Assembly (NCBI GenBank): GCA_965263355.1
Contig: CBDHHL010000032.1
Coordinates: forward strand, 1,024,001 to 1,088,000
Source: Leptolyngbyaceae cyanobacterium
GTDB taxonomy: Bacteria > Cyanobacteriota > Cyanobacteriia > Phormidesmidales > Phormidesmidaceae
Length of the DNA stretch: 64,000 nucleotides
Reading direction: 5' to 3'
The notes below the pieces were generated by a model. The model was not told where the DNA came from and did no database searches. It was given only the letters and a program-made list of their open reading frames with translations. This document shows, piece after piece, positions 1 to 10,518 of the stretch (its first letter is position 1; the number at the start of each line of letters is the position of its first letter). The position numbers were made by a program, and so were the translations under genes.

Positions 1-116
1 TAGACGGCTTTGATGATAGATTCGAGGCCCTCACTATCAAGGCCAGGAACCCTCTCGACTGGAGGGGTCTCGTCGAAAAGGCTCACGCCCAATCGTGAAG
101 CTGGTCCAAAAGCCAT
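1..116 (-). CDS. cpeC: Phycoerythrin rod linker CpeC, 5' part (runs off window)
   Basis: Manual reverse-strand translation MAFGPASRLGVSLFDETPPVERVPGLDSEGLESIIKAV matches the CpeC N-terminus; absent from ORF track. Confidence 0.9.
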   Translation of the reverse strand, partial: MAFGPASRLGVSLFDETPPVERVPGLDSEGLESIIKAV

Positions 117-621
117 TAATGCTATCTCCTAGACGACAACAATGGTCTAAACAAATTAATTTATCTCGGAATGTTAAGAAGCTTTAGTTTTTCTTTGCCT
201 CCTCATGTATGGAGTTTGTCCATACATGAACATTTGAATTAGTAAAACCTAGATTACCAAACATTTTCAAAGGCAAAGCGACCCTTACAAAGTCGCACTG
301 AAGTTGACCATTAACACTTCCTGAGTCTCATATTCGTATATTAAAGCAGCCTCTAATCATCAAGAATTGTGAATTACTTGTGTACGAGGATATGGAAGAT
401 ACGCACCTGGGATTTTTTCAATATTGGCAAAATGATTACATCCCTTGTGAAGAAAGGATTTCTCCCTAAGTACAGCTGGTATTTGCACTGCCCTAAAATC
501 AGTCAATAAACCAATATCGAAGATACAAAACTATACATAAGACTGCACAAATCCTGCGAAAGTCTAGCAGGCATATACCTTCCCTAAGGCCATATCAAAT
601 GCATAGCAAAAAAGAGTAAAA

Positions 622-1197
622 CTAGTTACCCGATTGAAACTGGCTGAGGGCCTGAACGAGATGCTCGAAATATGGATCGAACTGGCTATCGTTAAAGGGT
701 AATTCCTGCTGTTTTAGCTGCTGCTTACTGGCCAATTGGAGAGCTTGCAGACCGTAGACCATGGCGTCCAGAGGTACCTGCAACTCTTGATAGAGTTGCT
801 CCATGTAGGACAATCCCTGAATACTGGTGTAGTCAATGCGCTGGGCCGCAATACCGTAAGTAATGCAGCGCAGAAAATGCCAGAAGTCCCGCCAGCAAGC
901 CTCAGCACGAATGGCGGGGTAAAGCTCACCCCCTGGCTCAGTGATACCGGGAAACTTTTGCAGGACTTGGGCTCGGGCCACATCGACCAGGACACTGGCT
1001 TGATCCCGCAATCTGCCAGCAATATCCCCAGCAGGCATGTCTACCAGAACATCATCATCCAGATAAACTCGCTCATCATCGGCGGTTTGGAGGCGTGCGA
1101 TCGCACTTTCTCCAAACTGCTCTTGCCAACCGTCAAAGCTAACAATTCTTGCCTTAATAATTAATTCTTTAACCCGAGGGCTGAGGGAAGATGCCAT
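622..1197 (-). CDS. aplA: Allophycocyanin-like phycobiliprotein AplA
   Basis: Phycobiliprotein globin fold with N-terminal extension KARIVSF and EACWRDFWHFLRCITYG motif. Confidence 0.8.
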   Translation of the reverse strand: MASSLSPRVKELIIKARIVSFDGWQEQFGESAIARLQTADDERVYLDDDVLVDMPAGDIAGRLRDQASVLVDVARAQVLQKFPGITEPGGELYPAIRAEACWRDFWHFLRCITYGIAAQRIDYTSIQGLSYMEQLYQELQVPLDAMVYGLQALQLASKQQLKQQELPFNDSQFDPYFEHLVQALSQFQSGN

Positions 1198-1223
1198 GGT
1201 TACTTCTACACTCTCTAATTATT

Positions 1224-1241
1224 GTTACACAGTGTTACAAT
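1224..1241. promoter_or_regulatory. HLR1-like direct repeat (RpaB/SrrA site) in divergent aplA / HEAT-gene spacer
   Basis: GTTACACA-GT-GTTACAAT fits (G/T)TTACA(T/A)(T/A)-N2-(G/T)TTACA(T/A)(T/A) with one mismatch. Confidence 0.6.
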
Positions 1242-1304
1242 TAAAGCCTGACTTTTATATATCAATGATGTTGCAGTGAACTATTGCTAGTCACTTACAT
1301 ATCC

Positions 1305-1964
1305 ATGGAACTTGCTGATATCAAAGCTATCCTCAAGCACTCTGACTCCCAGGAACGGTTGAAGGGCATTGTAGCGCTCAAGGAGTATGACGCTGACATT
1401 GCCAGCCCGCTACTGCTGAGCCAGAAAGATGACCCTGCGTTTTTAGTGCGTTCCTTTGTAGCCATGGGGTTAGGGCGTAAGCGTAGTGAGGCAGGTTTTG
1501 CGACGTTACTGGCCATGATCACCAAGGACCCCGATGCCAATGTGCAAGCAGAAGCGTCAAATTCCCTTGCCATGTATGGAGAATCATCCATACCTCATTT
1601 AGTCAAAACATTCCACACCAATAAAAATTGGTTAGTACGGCGCAGCATTTTGGCTGCAATGCTCGATCTTGAGAGCCCTGCTCATATGCTCGAAATCTGC
1701 TTGATCGCTATCGACGATCCAGACCTGACGGTCACGAATGCTGGCGTTGACCATCTCAGCACCTTAGCTAAAACAGACCAAGCAGACGCAGCATTGTCAG
1801 CCATTTTGTCCCTAAAGACATCGACAGACTGGTATACCCGTATGCATGTAGCCTATGCCCTGAAACGATTTGACGCCCCAGTAGCCCAAACCGCTTTAAT
1901 CGAACTGCGTCAGGACAAGCAACATAAGGTAGTGGCAGCGGCCTTGGAAGGGTTGGTTCCCTGA
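1305..1964 (+). CDS. PBS lyase HEAT-repeat protein (NblB-like)
   Basis: HEAT-PBS repeats (DPAFLVRSFVAMGLG, NWLVRRSILAAM); ATG at 1305 preferred over TTG 1284. Confidence 0.75.
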   Translation: MELADIKAILKHSDSQERLKGIVALKEYDADIASPLLLSQKDDPAFLVRSFVAMGLGRKRSEAGFATLLAMITKDPDANVQAEASNSLAMYGESSIPHLVKTFHTNKNWLVRRSILAAMLDLESPAHMLEICLIAIDDPDLTVTNAGVDHLSTLAKTDQADAALSAILSLKTSTDWYTRMHVAYALKRFDAPVAQTALIELRQDKQHKVVAAALEGLVP

Positions 1965-2260
1965 TATGCGTGCGGATATATGTGCGGAGAAAGCTACAGC
2001 CAACGTGTAGTTCTGCCCTAAGTCACTTCATATAGGGCTTAATCCAAACTGTAGAGGTGGCTACAACGAGAAATCTGAGACTTTGTTAGCTTCTTTGTCA
2101 ATTGAGGGATAACTGAGCCACTCCCTTCAGGAAGATGCCTTAACAAAGGTTTTATTGCCGTTTCTGAGGTTGTTCGCTATTGTAAACGTAAATAAATATA
2201 AACTTGTTTCGCTATAGCTTGATTTCAGGTGCATTTCTTAAATCTAAGGCCCTAAATTTT

Positions 2261-2794
2261 ATGTCATTATCTGTGCTTACTATTCCCACTGAAAACCTGG
2301 AAACATTGGCGACTGGATTTTTTGAACGATCTGTGGGGCAATGGACATCCCAGCGTCGTTACTACACGCTCAAAAATGGGGAAACCCAAGAAGTCGTCAG
2401 CCATCTAACCATTGAATTTCTGGAAAGCGGGCATCCTAACTTACTCGCTTTAGCAGAGGTCCATGGTTTAGATCAGGGATTGGTCTGTGGTGTTCAGTTT
2501 GCGTGGGAAAGTAATTACATTAGTCACAGCCGCAAGCAATCCACTGGTTCCACGGCATTTGGGATTCGCGATAATATGCTCTACCGTGATCGCGGGTTTG
2601 CTACCACCAAACCTGTCGTAGCCACTTATCAACTACGCGATCGCAACACCATGCAGTTGCACACCGAATACAACGGTTCTGCATTTGATGAGGAGCTCAA
2701 ACTCGTCGGCGCAAACCACCGCACCCGCCAAACTATAATCTCCCGCGCTGGACAGGAAATTATGATTGGTCAATACTTAGAGACACGGATCTAA
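2261..2794 (+). CDS. CpcS/CpeS-family phycobiliprotein lyase
   Basis: FF.RS.G.W.SQR..Y, RDRGF and RTR motifs of S/U lyases; ATG 2261 likely start. Confidence 0.85.
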   Translation: MSLSVLTIPTENLETLATGFFERSVGQWTSQRRYYTLKNGETQEVVSHLTIEFLESGHPNLLALAEVHGLDQGLVCGVQFAWESNYISHSRKQSTGSTAFGIRDNMLYRDRGFATTKPVVATYQLRDRNTMQLHTEYNGSAFDEELKLVGANHRTRQTIISRAGQEIMIGQYLETRI

Positions 2795-3001
2795 ACTCTA
2801 GTTTTAGATGGATCGAACTTTATTACGCATCGATGAAGTCCCTAATGCAGCGTCAATGCTAAAAATTAGGGCTCTGTATTGATGAAAAGTACTAGCGTCA
2901 GTCATGCCCCAGGGCTATAGGGTAAAGAGTCACTCTTCATCCTGTTTGACTCTTTACTCTTCATCAGTCTTCTTATCCAAAATCTTAAGCTTGACGGATC
3001 A

Positions 3002-3844
3002 CTAGCTTTCAGATAACTCACTTTCTAAACTGCGGCGGGTAGTGTTGCGAGTTAGACCATTCCACACATCCAATTCACCAGCACCACGACCGAGCAGTTG
3101 CCCCCTTGTGTTGGATGTCAATCCTTGAGCCATGGTGAAATCTGCGCCAGCAATATTGCCCACCATGTCAAACTCCACACCCGTTAAATCGGCTGCCCGC
3201 AGGTCAGCTTTTTGAAACTCAGTACCACTCACACGGGCATTGCGCAGGCTGGCACCGGTCAGAAACGCCTTTTGCAAGTTAGCACCACTTAAGCTGGCAT
3301 CATCCAAAATTGCACCGGTTAAGTCGGCACCACTCAGGTAAGCGCCCAACAACTTGGCCCGCCGCAAGTTGGCACCACGCAAATAGGCCGTATTCAGAAA
3401 CGCACCATTGAGTACAGCTTCTGGCCCCACAGCTCCGGAGCTTTGATAACGAAAGCCCTCTGGCCACTGGGTATGGTCATCGTAAAGGGCGATAGTTAAC
3501 TTAGCCTCGTCTAACACGGTGTTGATAAAATTAGCGCCCCTGACATCAGCCCGATGGATAAAGGCTCCGGTGAGATTGGCTCCGGTCAAGTTGGCCCCAC
3601 TCAGGTCTACACCACGCAAATCAGCTTTTTGTAATTGGGCCCCACTCAGGTTAGCGCCTGTAAGGTTAGCCCCAATCAAAGTAACGGCTTGCAAACGAGT
3701 GCCCGCCAAATTCGTCTCTGATAAGTTGACTCGATACAAATCAAACCCACGCAAATCTTTGCCTGAGAGATCGGCCCCCGATAAGTCCTGGTGGACCGAC
3801 AGGCGCTCTAGCAAAGATGCGCTCAGAGTTTCGAGATGACTCAT
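3002..3844 (-). CDS. Pentapeptide repeat protein
   Basis: Extensive A(D/N)LxG pentapeptide repeats in two blocks. Confidence 0.9.
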   Translation of the reverse strand: MSHLETLSASLLERLSVHQDLSGADLSGKDLRGFDLYRVNLSETNLAGTRLQAVTLIGANLTGANLSGAQLQKADLRGVDLSGANLTGANLTGAFIHRADVRGANFINTVLDEAKLTIALYDDHTQWPEGFRYQSSGAVGPEAVLNGAFLNTAYLRGANLRRAKLLGAYLSGADLTGAILDDASLSGANLQKAFLTGASLRNARVSGTEFQKADLRAADLTGVEFDMVGNIAGADFTMAQGLTSNTRGQLLGRGAGELDVWNGLTRNTTRRSLESELSES

Positions 3845-3947
3845 AGATGGCTAAACTTTGTAATTAAACCGTGTTCGTTAAGGTCAGTGTAACAGTGCCC
3901 TTGAACACCATCGTGAGCCAACCGCTATTTAATACGGACAATATCCC

Positions 3948-4538
3948 ATGTCATTTCAATCTCCCCTGACCATGATGGACTTCTTTCGCAAAAGTGAAGG
4001 CATCTGGTTTATTCAGAGAGCAGTACATCATTTTGACTCAGTGGCCGATGAGTCGGGAGAATCTAACCTAATTGTGGATGTTATCGAAGCTCACGATCCA
4101 CGAATTGTCGAAATTTGCCAGAGCCAAGGTGTAGATCCGTCTAAGGCCGCTGGCGGGGCTCAATTCTCCTGGCAGTCCAATACCAAAGAATTTACCTACA
4201 ATTCTGATTATGCCGCTATTCTAGTTGACCTACCCAATAACGACCAAGGGCGCACAGGTCAACTATTGCGCGACCGAGGCTACGTGGAAAATATGCCCGT
4301 TGTCGGACGATATGGCTTTGCCAACGATGGTGTTCTTACCATCGATAATGAATACGACAAAAACCAGGGACAAGAACGCTGCTGGTTCCTCTCCGACGAC
4401 TTTCGCGTACGGGTCAGCACAGCCCGTTTAGCCAATGGCATTAACCTGATGACCTATTGCTCAGAACGGCGATTTGTCACTGAAGATGACCTAACTGCCA
4501 TGGTAGAAACCAATGCTGCACGATTGCGTGCAGCATGA
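3948..4538 (+). CDS. cpeU: Phycobiliprotein lyase CpeU
   Basis: PLTMMDFFRKSEG.W..QRAVHH, RDRGYVE, GQERCWF motifs; directly upstream of pebAB. Confidence 0.8.
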   Translation: MSFQSPLTMMDFFRKSEGIWFIQRAVHHFDSVADESGESNLIVDVIEAHDPRIVEICQSQGVDPSKAAGGAQFSWQSNTKEFTYNSDYAAILVDLPNNDQGRTGQLLRDRGYVENMPVVGRYGFANDGVLTIDNEYDKNQGQERCWFLSDDFRVRVSTARLANGINLMTYCSERRFVTEDDLTAMVETNAARLRAA

Positions 4539-4652
4539 TGTAACGGAATATGTCTTTGTCTCTAAGATTGAAGACAGGCTCCTCTGATATCTCCTATGCT
4601 GCAAATGGCAGAAGGTATCTGTCGTAACCGTTATAAATTAAGGCGAAGACAA

Positions 4653-5381
4653 ATGTACCGCCCTTTTCTAGAGCATTTAGAAACCTCCTTAAAAGAGAGA
4701 TTTGAACTACAACCACGGGCTATTCCAAAGGGGCTAGAGTGCAACATTAGCGAACGAGGGCGGAATCCAGCATCGATTCAAAGCTGGTGTTATCAGTCCC
4801 CCGAGCTTAGAAAAATTCGCTATACCTATATTGACGCTGGTAAAGGGGCACAGATATTTAACAGTGTCCTTTATCCTAGCCATTGCTACGATGTACCCCT
4901 ACTGGGGATTGACTTTTTGTCCTTTGGTAAAGTCAAGAACTTAATTGTTCTAGATTTCCAACCCTTGTTTCAGGATGAGGCCTACGAAGCTAAGTACCTG
5001 ATGCCGCTCAAGGAGTTGCGCGACAACTATGCTGAACTGGCACAGGGGCTAGAAATGAAGTTCTACGATGCTAATCAGTACTTTTCAAAGTATTTGTTAT
5101 TTGCCAAAACAGATGCCGAAACCGTGTCAACCCGTGTTTTGGCTGCCTTCAAAGATTACCTAGATCTCTATTGGCAAATTTTGGCCGAGGCTGAACCGCT
5201 AACTGCTGATGAAGAAATTGCCAGGGTCAAGAAAGCTCAAATCGACTACGACCAGTACAGCGCTGAACGTGATCCGGCCCATGGCCTTTTTAGTAGTTAC
5301 TTTGGTTCAGAATGGGCTGATCGTTTCCTCTATGAGTTTTTATTTGAGGATGCAGTTCCCTTAGCTGTTCAAGCTCACTAG
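4653..5381 (+). CDS. pebA: 15,16-dihydrobiliverdin:ferredoxin oxidoreductase
   Basis: Ferredoxin-dependent bilin reductase motifs ([25 protein letters not shown]). Confidence 0.95.
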   Translation: MYRPFLEHLETSLKERFELQPRAIPKGLECNISERGRNPASIQSWCYQSPELRKIRYTYIDAGKGAQIFNSVLYPSHCYDVPLLGIDFLSFGKVKNLIVLDFQPLFQDEAYEAKYLMPLKELRDNYAELAQGLEMKFYDANQYFSKYLLFAKTDAETVSTRVLAAFKDYLDLYWQILAEAEPLTADEEIARVKKAQIDYDQYSAERDPAHGLFSSYFGSEWADRFLYEFLFEDAVPLAVQAH

Positions 5382-5439
5382 TCACACCATACTGTTGCAT
5401 GATGGGGCACCCATAAGGGGGCCGCTATTATTTTTGTAT

Positions 5440-6183
5440 ATGACCTTATATCAACCGTTTTTAGACTATGCGATCGCAACTCTTCAAGATCGCTTAGACC
5501 TATCTCCCTATCCGATTCCCACTGGCTTTGAGAGCAACACAGCCACGACTGGCAAAGGTAAACGTGAAGTCACTGTACTGACCACCAGTCATGGCTATTG
5601 CTCCCCAAAACTACGGCAAATTCGGGCTGCCCATGTGCAGGCTGGGGATAGTTTACAGGTCCTTAACTTTGTCATCTTTCCTCAGCTAGAGTATGACCTG
5701 CCGTTTTTTGGGGGAGACTTGGTGACATTGCCAGGTGGCCATCTGATTGCTATTGACATGCAGCCTCTATTTCGGGATAGCCAGGATTACCAAACTCGCT
5801 ATAGCGATCCGATCATGCCCATGTTTCAGCACTATCAACAGTACTTACCTTGGGGTGGCGACTTTCCAGAAGAAGCCCAACCCTTCTTTTCCCCTGCATT
5901 TTTGTGGACCCGTCCCCCTGAACTAGAGGACGTAACTACCCATGTATTCAATGCCTTCAAAGACTATCTCAATGCTTACATCGGCTTTGTAGAACAAGCC
6001 CAGCCCATCACCGACCCTGAACGCCTCAAAGCCATTGAAAAAGCCCAACTGAGCTATATTCGCTATCGAGCCGAGAAAGACCCGGCCCGAGGAATGCTAA
6101 CCCGCTACTACGGAGCCGAATGGACCGAAGAATATATCCATGGCTTTCTATTTGATTTAGAACGTCATCTACAAACTGCTTAG
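5440..6183 (+). CDS. pebB: Phycoerythrobilin:ferredoxin oxidoreductase
   Basis: [38 protein letters not shown]; follows pebA. Confidence 0.95.
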   Translation: MTLYQPFLDYAIATLQDRLDLSPYPIPTGFESNTATTGKGKREVTVLTTSHGYCSPKLRQIRAAHVQAGDSLQVLNFVIFPQLEYDLPFFGGDLVTLPGGHLIAIDMQPLFRDSQDYQTRYSDPIMPMFQHYQQYLPWGGDFPEEAQPFFSPAFLWTRPPELEDVTTHVFNAFKDYLNAYIGFVEQAQPITDPERLKAIEKAQLSYIRYRAEKDPARGMLTRYYGAEWTEEYIHGFLFDLERHLQTA

Positions 6184-6934
6184 ATATGCCCAAAATGCTG
6201 TAAGGGCGCTCAGAAAAACTAGCAAAAGAGAGTAAGTGGACGAGAGCAACAACTTGCCCCCACCTGACTTTTCCTACTAAGTCCTAAAAGCCTCTGATAG
6301 CAAGGGTTTTAAAATTCAGGCCGATTCCTAATAAACTTGCGTTATTGAAAATTCATCACGAGGTTTTAGGGCTTCTAGCCCGCTAAAATCGAGCAGGTTT
6401 TTCTCTCAAAAAGATAATGGGAAAAGTCAGGCCCCCACTTACTCTTTTTTCTGACAACTGTTTTGATTGACAGAAAACAAATCCCGTGCTTTAGAGACTT
6501 TTTTAGCCTCAACACAGCATTAGTTATGACAATCAGAAAATCTAACGTATTTTTTAGGGGTTTGTCTGTTACCGGCTCCCCACAACCCTTATAATTCGTA
6601 ATATATTGCGCCCCCGTCGCAGTATATAAAATAGAAGAACGGCTTTGAACAGACAAGTTTGTAGCTGTTTTCTACGGATGCCAAAAACATCATCGAATTG
6701 CATTAGGTGAAGTTTCTTTAAGTTTCTTAGATTCGTACCCTATTCGCTTTAATCTTCAAGTTGGGGAGAGCGAAGTTTGCTGAGATGATTAATGGCTTCT
6801 GTGAAAGATGTTTCAGATTGTCTGCATTCGCCTATCTATGTTTGAAACTGTTTTTAATACAGTTACTTGACGGGTTCTCGTCCCCACTTTTTTGGAAACT
6901 TACTTCGACGAATCAAATTTAGGAGAGTCAATCT

Positions 6935-7453
6935 ATGTTTGATGCGTTTGCTAAGGTCGTCTCCCAGGCTGATGCAAGAGGCGAATATCTCAGCAGTGCT
7001 CAATTGGACGCTTTATCTGCAATGGTTGCTGACAGCAACAAGCGGATGGATGCGGTTAACCGTATCACTAGTAATGCGTCTGCCATCGTTACAAATTCCG
7101 CTCGTGCCCTATTTGCCGAGCAGCCTTCGTTGATTGCTCCTGGTGGTAATGCTTACACCAGTCGTCGTAATGCAGCTTGCTTGCGCGACATGGAAATCAT
7201 CTTGCGCTATGTAACTTACGCTATCTTCACTGGTGATGCTAGCGTCCTTGATGATCGTTGCTTAAACGGTCTACGTGAAACCTATATTGCTCTTGGTACT
7301 CCTGGTGCTTCTGTTGCCATCGGTGTTGAGAAGATGAAGGAAGCTGCCATTGCGATCGCTAGCGATTCCAACGGCATTACTCCTGGTGATTGCTCTAGCC
7401 TAATGGCTGAGATTTCTACTTACTTTGATCGTGCAGCAGCAGCTGTTGCCTAA
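6935..7453 (+). CDS. cpcB: Phycocyanin beta subunit
   Basis: 172 aa, MFDAFAKVV start, AACLRD (Cys82), GDCS (Cys153); RBS AGGAG. Confidence 0.97.
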   Translation: MFDAFAKVVSQADARGEYLSSAQLDALSAMVADSNKRMDAVNRITSNASAIVTNSARALFAEQPSLIAPGGNAYTSRRNAACLRDMEIILRYVTYAIFTGDASVLDDRCLNGLRETYIALGTPGASVAIGVEKMKEAAIAIASDSNGITPGDCSSLMAEISTYFDRAAAAVA

Positions 7454-7571
7454 GGCAACTCCCTAAATAACCTTTAGTGAGTTTGGTATTTGGCAGATAA
7501 AGAGAGTTCTCTGATCGCCTGCTTCCCTTTTCTGTCCGTATGTTTAGAAACTTTGGGAGATATCTCAAGCA

Positions 7572-8060
7572 ATGAAAACCCCTCTGACCGAAGCAGTATC
7601 CGCTGCTGATTCTCAAGGTCGTTTCCTAAGTTCCACTGAGGTCCAGTCTGCGTTTGGTCGTTTCCGTCAGGCTACTGCCGGATTGGAAGCTGCTAAAACT
7701 TTAACTGCTAAGGCTGATAGCCTATGCTCTGGTGCAGCCAACGCTGTTTACAGTAAGTTTCCCTACACCACTTCCACTCCCGGTCCAAGCTATGCTTCTG
7801 ATCAGCGTGGTAAGGAAAAGTGCGTGCGTGATGTCGGCTACTATCTACGCATGGTTACCTACTGCTTAATTGTTGGTGGTACTGGTCCTATGGACGATTA
7901 CCTAGTAGCTGGTTTAGATGAGATTAATCGTGCCTACGAATTGTCTCCTAGCTGGTACATTGAAGCGCTGAAGTATATCAAGGCTAACCATGGTTTAAGT
8001 GGTGATCCTGCTACTGAGGCTAATTCCTACATCGATTACGCTATTAACGCTCTAAGCTAA
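7572..8060 (+). CDS. cpcA: Phycocyanin alpha subunit
   Basis: 162 aa, MKTPLTEAV start, KCVRD (Cys84), YAINALS end. Confidence 0.97.
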   Translation: MKTPLTEAVSAADSQGRFLSSTEVQSAFGRFRQATAGLEAAKTLTAKADSLCSGAANAVYSKFPYTTSTPGPSYASDQRGKEKCVRDVGYYLRMVTYCLIVGGTGPMDDYLVAGLDEINRAYELSPSWYIEALKYIKANHGLSGDPATEANSYIDYAINALS

Positions 8061-8112
8061 TTGAATCTTTAGCCTATGGCAAGTTGCTATATCGGTTAAG
8101 TTTCAATTAATT

Positions 8113-8162
8113 ACCCAGAGGCATTTGTGATCGCTTACTAGCGTTTGCAACTACCTCTGGGT
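8113..8162 (+). terminator. Stem-loop after cpcA (stabiliser or partial terminator before cpcEF)
   Basis: ACCCAGAGG...CCTCTGGGT inverted repeat followed by T-rich sequence. Confidence 0.6.
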
Positions 8163-8198
8163 TTGTTCTATTTGAACGTTATAGATTCGAGGTAATTT

Positions 8199-9041
8199 GT
8201 GAGCGATATTCCCCACAATCCAGATGGTAAGCCCTTAACCGTTGATCAGGCGTTGACCAATATCAACCAAACTGCTGATCCAGGGTTACGTTATTACGCA
8301 GCCTGGTGGTTAGGTAAGATGCGTATTTGCCAGCCGGAAGCAATAGAGGCTCTGCTGATGGCACTGGAGGATCAAGATACTGGTCGTTCGCCAGATGGTG
8401 GTTATCCCCTGTGGCGTAATGCTGTTACAGCTCTGGGGAAAATTGGTCAAGGCGATGACAGGGTGGTGTCGGCGCTGATTCATTGTCTTCATTGCGATGA
8501 CTATTACGTGAGAGAAAAAGCTGCCCAGTCCCTTGAAAGTTTAGGTGAACCGGATGCTGTCCCTCATCTGGTAAATTTGCTGGATGGTGGTATCGAAACA
8601 GCAGTCCAGGTGCCCGACAAGCCCCACCTGGTGCAGCCTTACAACGCTATTTTAGAAGCGCTAGGAACCTTAGGAAATGCAGAATTGGCAACAATTATTG
8701 CGCCTTTTTTAGACCATGAAGTCCCCCAAGTGCGGAATGCAGCGGCCCGGGCAATGTATCAAGTTACTGGGAAAGCTGAATATGCCGAACAGTTGGTTAA
8801 AGTTCTAGACGATGACCAACTACAGCTGCGACGAGCAGCTCTAATGGACTTAGGAGACATAGGCTATTTAGGCGGGGCTGATGCGATCGCTAACACTCTG
8901 GCGGAAAATAGCATGAAGCTGATCGCTCTAAAGGGTGTGCTTGAACATCAAATCAATATTGAGAGAGAATCTGGACAAAACACCATACCCCTGTCTGCCG
9001 ATAGCCGTCGGGTAATGGAGTTAATGGATAGTTTGTTGTGA
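8199..9041 (+). CDS. cpcE: Phycocyanin alpha-84 bilin lyase subunit CpcE/RpcE
   Basis: RYYAAWWLG, GGYPL.RNA, DDYYVREKAA motifs. Confidence 0.9.
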   Translation: MSDIPHNPDGKPLTVDQALTNINQTADPGLRYYAAWWLGKMRICQPEAIEALLMALEDQDTGRSPDGGYPLWRNAVTALGKIGQGDDRVVSALIHCLHCDDYYVREKAAQSLESLGEPDAVPHLVNLLDGGIETAVQVPDKPHLVQPYNAILEALGTLGNAELATIIAPFLDHEVPQVRNAAARAMYQVTGKAEYAEQLVKVLDDDQLQLRRAALMDLGDIGYLGGADAIANTLAENSMKLIALKGVLEHQINIERESGQNTIPLSADSRRVMELMDSLL

Positions 9042-9673
9042 TGGTTGCCTCACGGAACACGTTTGACATCTGCTTGCAAGCCGTTAATGATGCGGAGTCT
9101 GCCCAAGGCTTACTAGATGCCGTAGAAGATTTAGCCCGTCTGACGGATGAGCGTTCAATTCCCACCTTGATTCAAGTATTGGGGTTTAATAACCCAGGCG
9201 CAGCGGTAGCCGCCGTCGAAGGGTTGATCCAAATTGGAATTCCAGCCGTATCCCTCCTTTTGGATCAATTGGACGGTTATAACTATGGTGCTAGAGCTTG
9301 GGCAATTCGCGCCCTGGCAGGTATTGGCGACCCCCGTGGACAGACTCTTTTACTAGATGCCGCTGTCAATGATTTTTCTCTGAGTGTACGCCGAGCCGCT
9401 GCCCGTGGGCTAGGCACAATTCGCTGGGTTGAGATACCAGACAATCAACGTGACTTGGCCATGATGCGATCGCAAACAGTACTGCTTCAGGTCACCCATG
9501 ACGAAGAGTGGGTCGTACGCTATGCAGCCGTCGTTGGGTTAGAAACCCTTGCCCTAAAATTGATTGAAACAACAGAGATTATTCAACATCTGCGTCAGCT
9601 ACAACAGCATGATGAAGCGCCTGTCATCCAGGCAAGGGCGCAATGGGCTTTAGAAAAATTAGACAAAAAGTAG
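9038..9673 (+). CDS. cpcF: Phycocyanin alpha-84 bilin lyase subunit CpcF/RpcF
   Basis: LGFNNPGAAVAAV, YNYGARAWA motifs; overlaps cpcE stop. Confidence 0.9.
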   Translation: MMVASRNTFDICLQAVNDAESAQGLLDAVEDLARLTDERSIPTLIQVLGFNNPGAAVAAVEGLIQIGIPAVSLLLDQLDGYNYGARAWAIRALAGIGDPRGQTLLLDAAVNDFSLSVRRAAARGLGTIRWVEIPDNQRDLAMMRSQTVLLQVTHDEEWVVRYAAVVGLETLALKLIETTEIIQHLRQLQQHDEAPVIQARAQWALEKLDKK

Positions 9674-9683
9674 ATTCAAATAA

Positions 9684-9718
9684 AAATGGGTAGGGCACAG
9701 ACTATGCCTTACCCATTT
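9684..9718. terminator. Bidirectional intrinsic terminator between cpcF and cysC
   Basis: AAATGGGTAGGGCA...TGCCTTACCCATTT hairpin flanked by A and T tracts. Confidence 0.7.
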
Positions 9719-9772
9719 GTTTATCCCAAAGAAGACAATTCGTTATGACAACAAAGAGCCATTCGCTGATAC

Positions 9773-10315
9773 TTAAACAGCAACAGGAGCTAAATAACCA
9801 AGCTCTTCAAGCTTTGCCATAACTTTGTTTACAGACTCGTCAAGAGTCTCGTTAACAGTCTCGCAATTAACTTCAGGGTTTAGAGGTTCCTCATAGGGAT
9901 CGCTGATGCCAGTGAAGTTCTTGATTTCACCAGCACGAGCTTTCTTGTACAAACCTTTAACATCGCGCTGTTCGCACACTTCAACCGGAGTGTTGGCAAA
10001 AACTTCAACAAAGTCACCGATGCGCTGACGCACCTGGTCCCGCACGTCACGATAGGGAGAGATCGCCGAAACCAGAACAATCACACCGTTTCGAGTCAGC
10101 AAGTTGGAAACAAAACCAATGCGACGAACATTTTCATCGCGATCTTCTTTGCTGAACCCCAACCCCTTGGTAAGGTTAGTCCGAACAATATCACCATCTA
10201 GAACTTCAAGTTTGGCACCAGCCGCCCGTAGTTTTTTCTCTAGGGCTTGACTAATGGTGGTTTTACCTGAACCACTTAAGCCAGTAAACCAAACGGTTAC
10301 TCCACGATGTTGCAT
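9773..10315 (-). CDS. cysC: Adenylyl-sulfate kinase
   Basis: WFTGLSGSGKTT, LDGD, RDVKGLYKKAR, FTGISDPYE. Confidence 0.97.
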   Translation of the reverse strand: MQHRGVTVWFTGLSGSGKTTISQALEKKLRAAGAKLEVLDGDIVRTNLTKGLGFSKEDRDENVRRIGFVSNLLTRNGVIVLVSAISPYRDVRDQVRQRIGDFVEVFANTPVEVCEQRDVKGLYKKARAGEIKNFTGISDPYEEPLNPEVNCETVNETLDESVNKVMAKLEELGYLAPVAV

Positions 10316-10518
10316 ATAAAGATACTCCTAAAAACTATATTTGAACGCTACCCATATTCACACGGCAGTATTATACGTTACTAATCTTTACAGATAGGTA
10401 GCACAAGTAACGTTCCACCCATTGCACATTTACAGTCAATTTACATAAGTTAATCCACTGTAGGATTTTAGCTTCAAATAACAAACTGTTTAACTAAAAT
10501 TGTAAACGGATTAGTTCC

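Noticed and set aside
543..560. RcaC L-box upstream of cpeC (CTGCACA-N4-CTGCGAA)
   Set aside because: Four mismatches to TTGCACA-N4-TTGCACA; too weak
6710..6732. CcaR G-box-like repeat upstream of cpcB (AAGTTTCTT twice)
   Set aside because: 10-bp period and poor consensus match in AT-rich DNA
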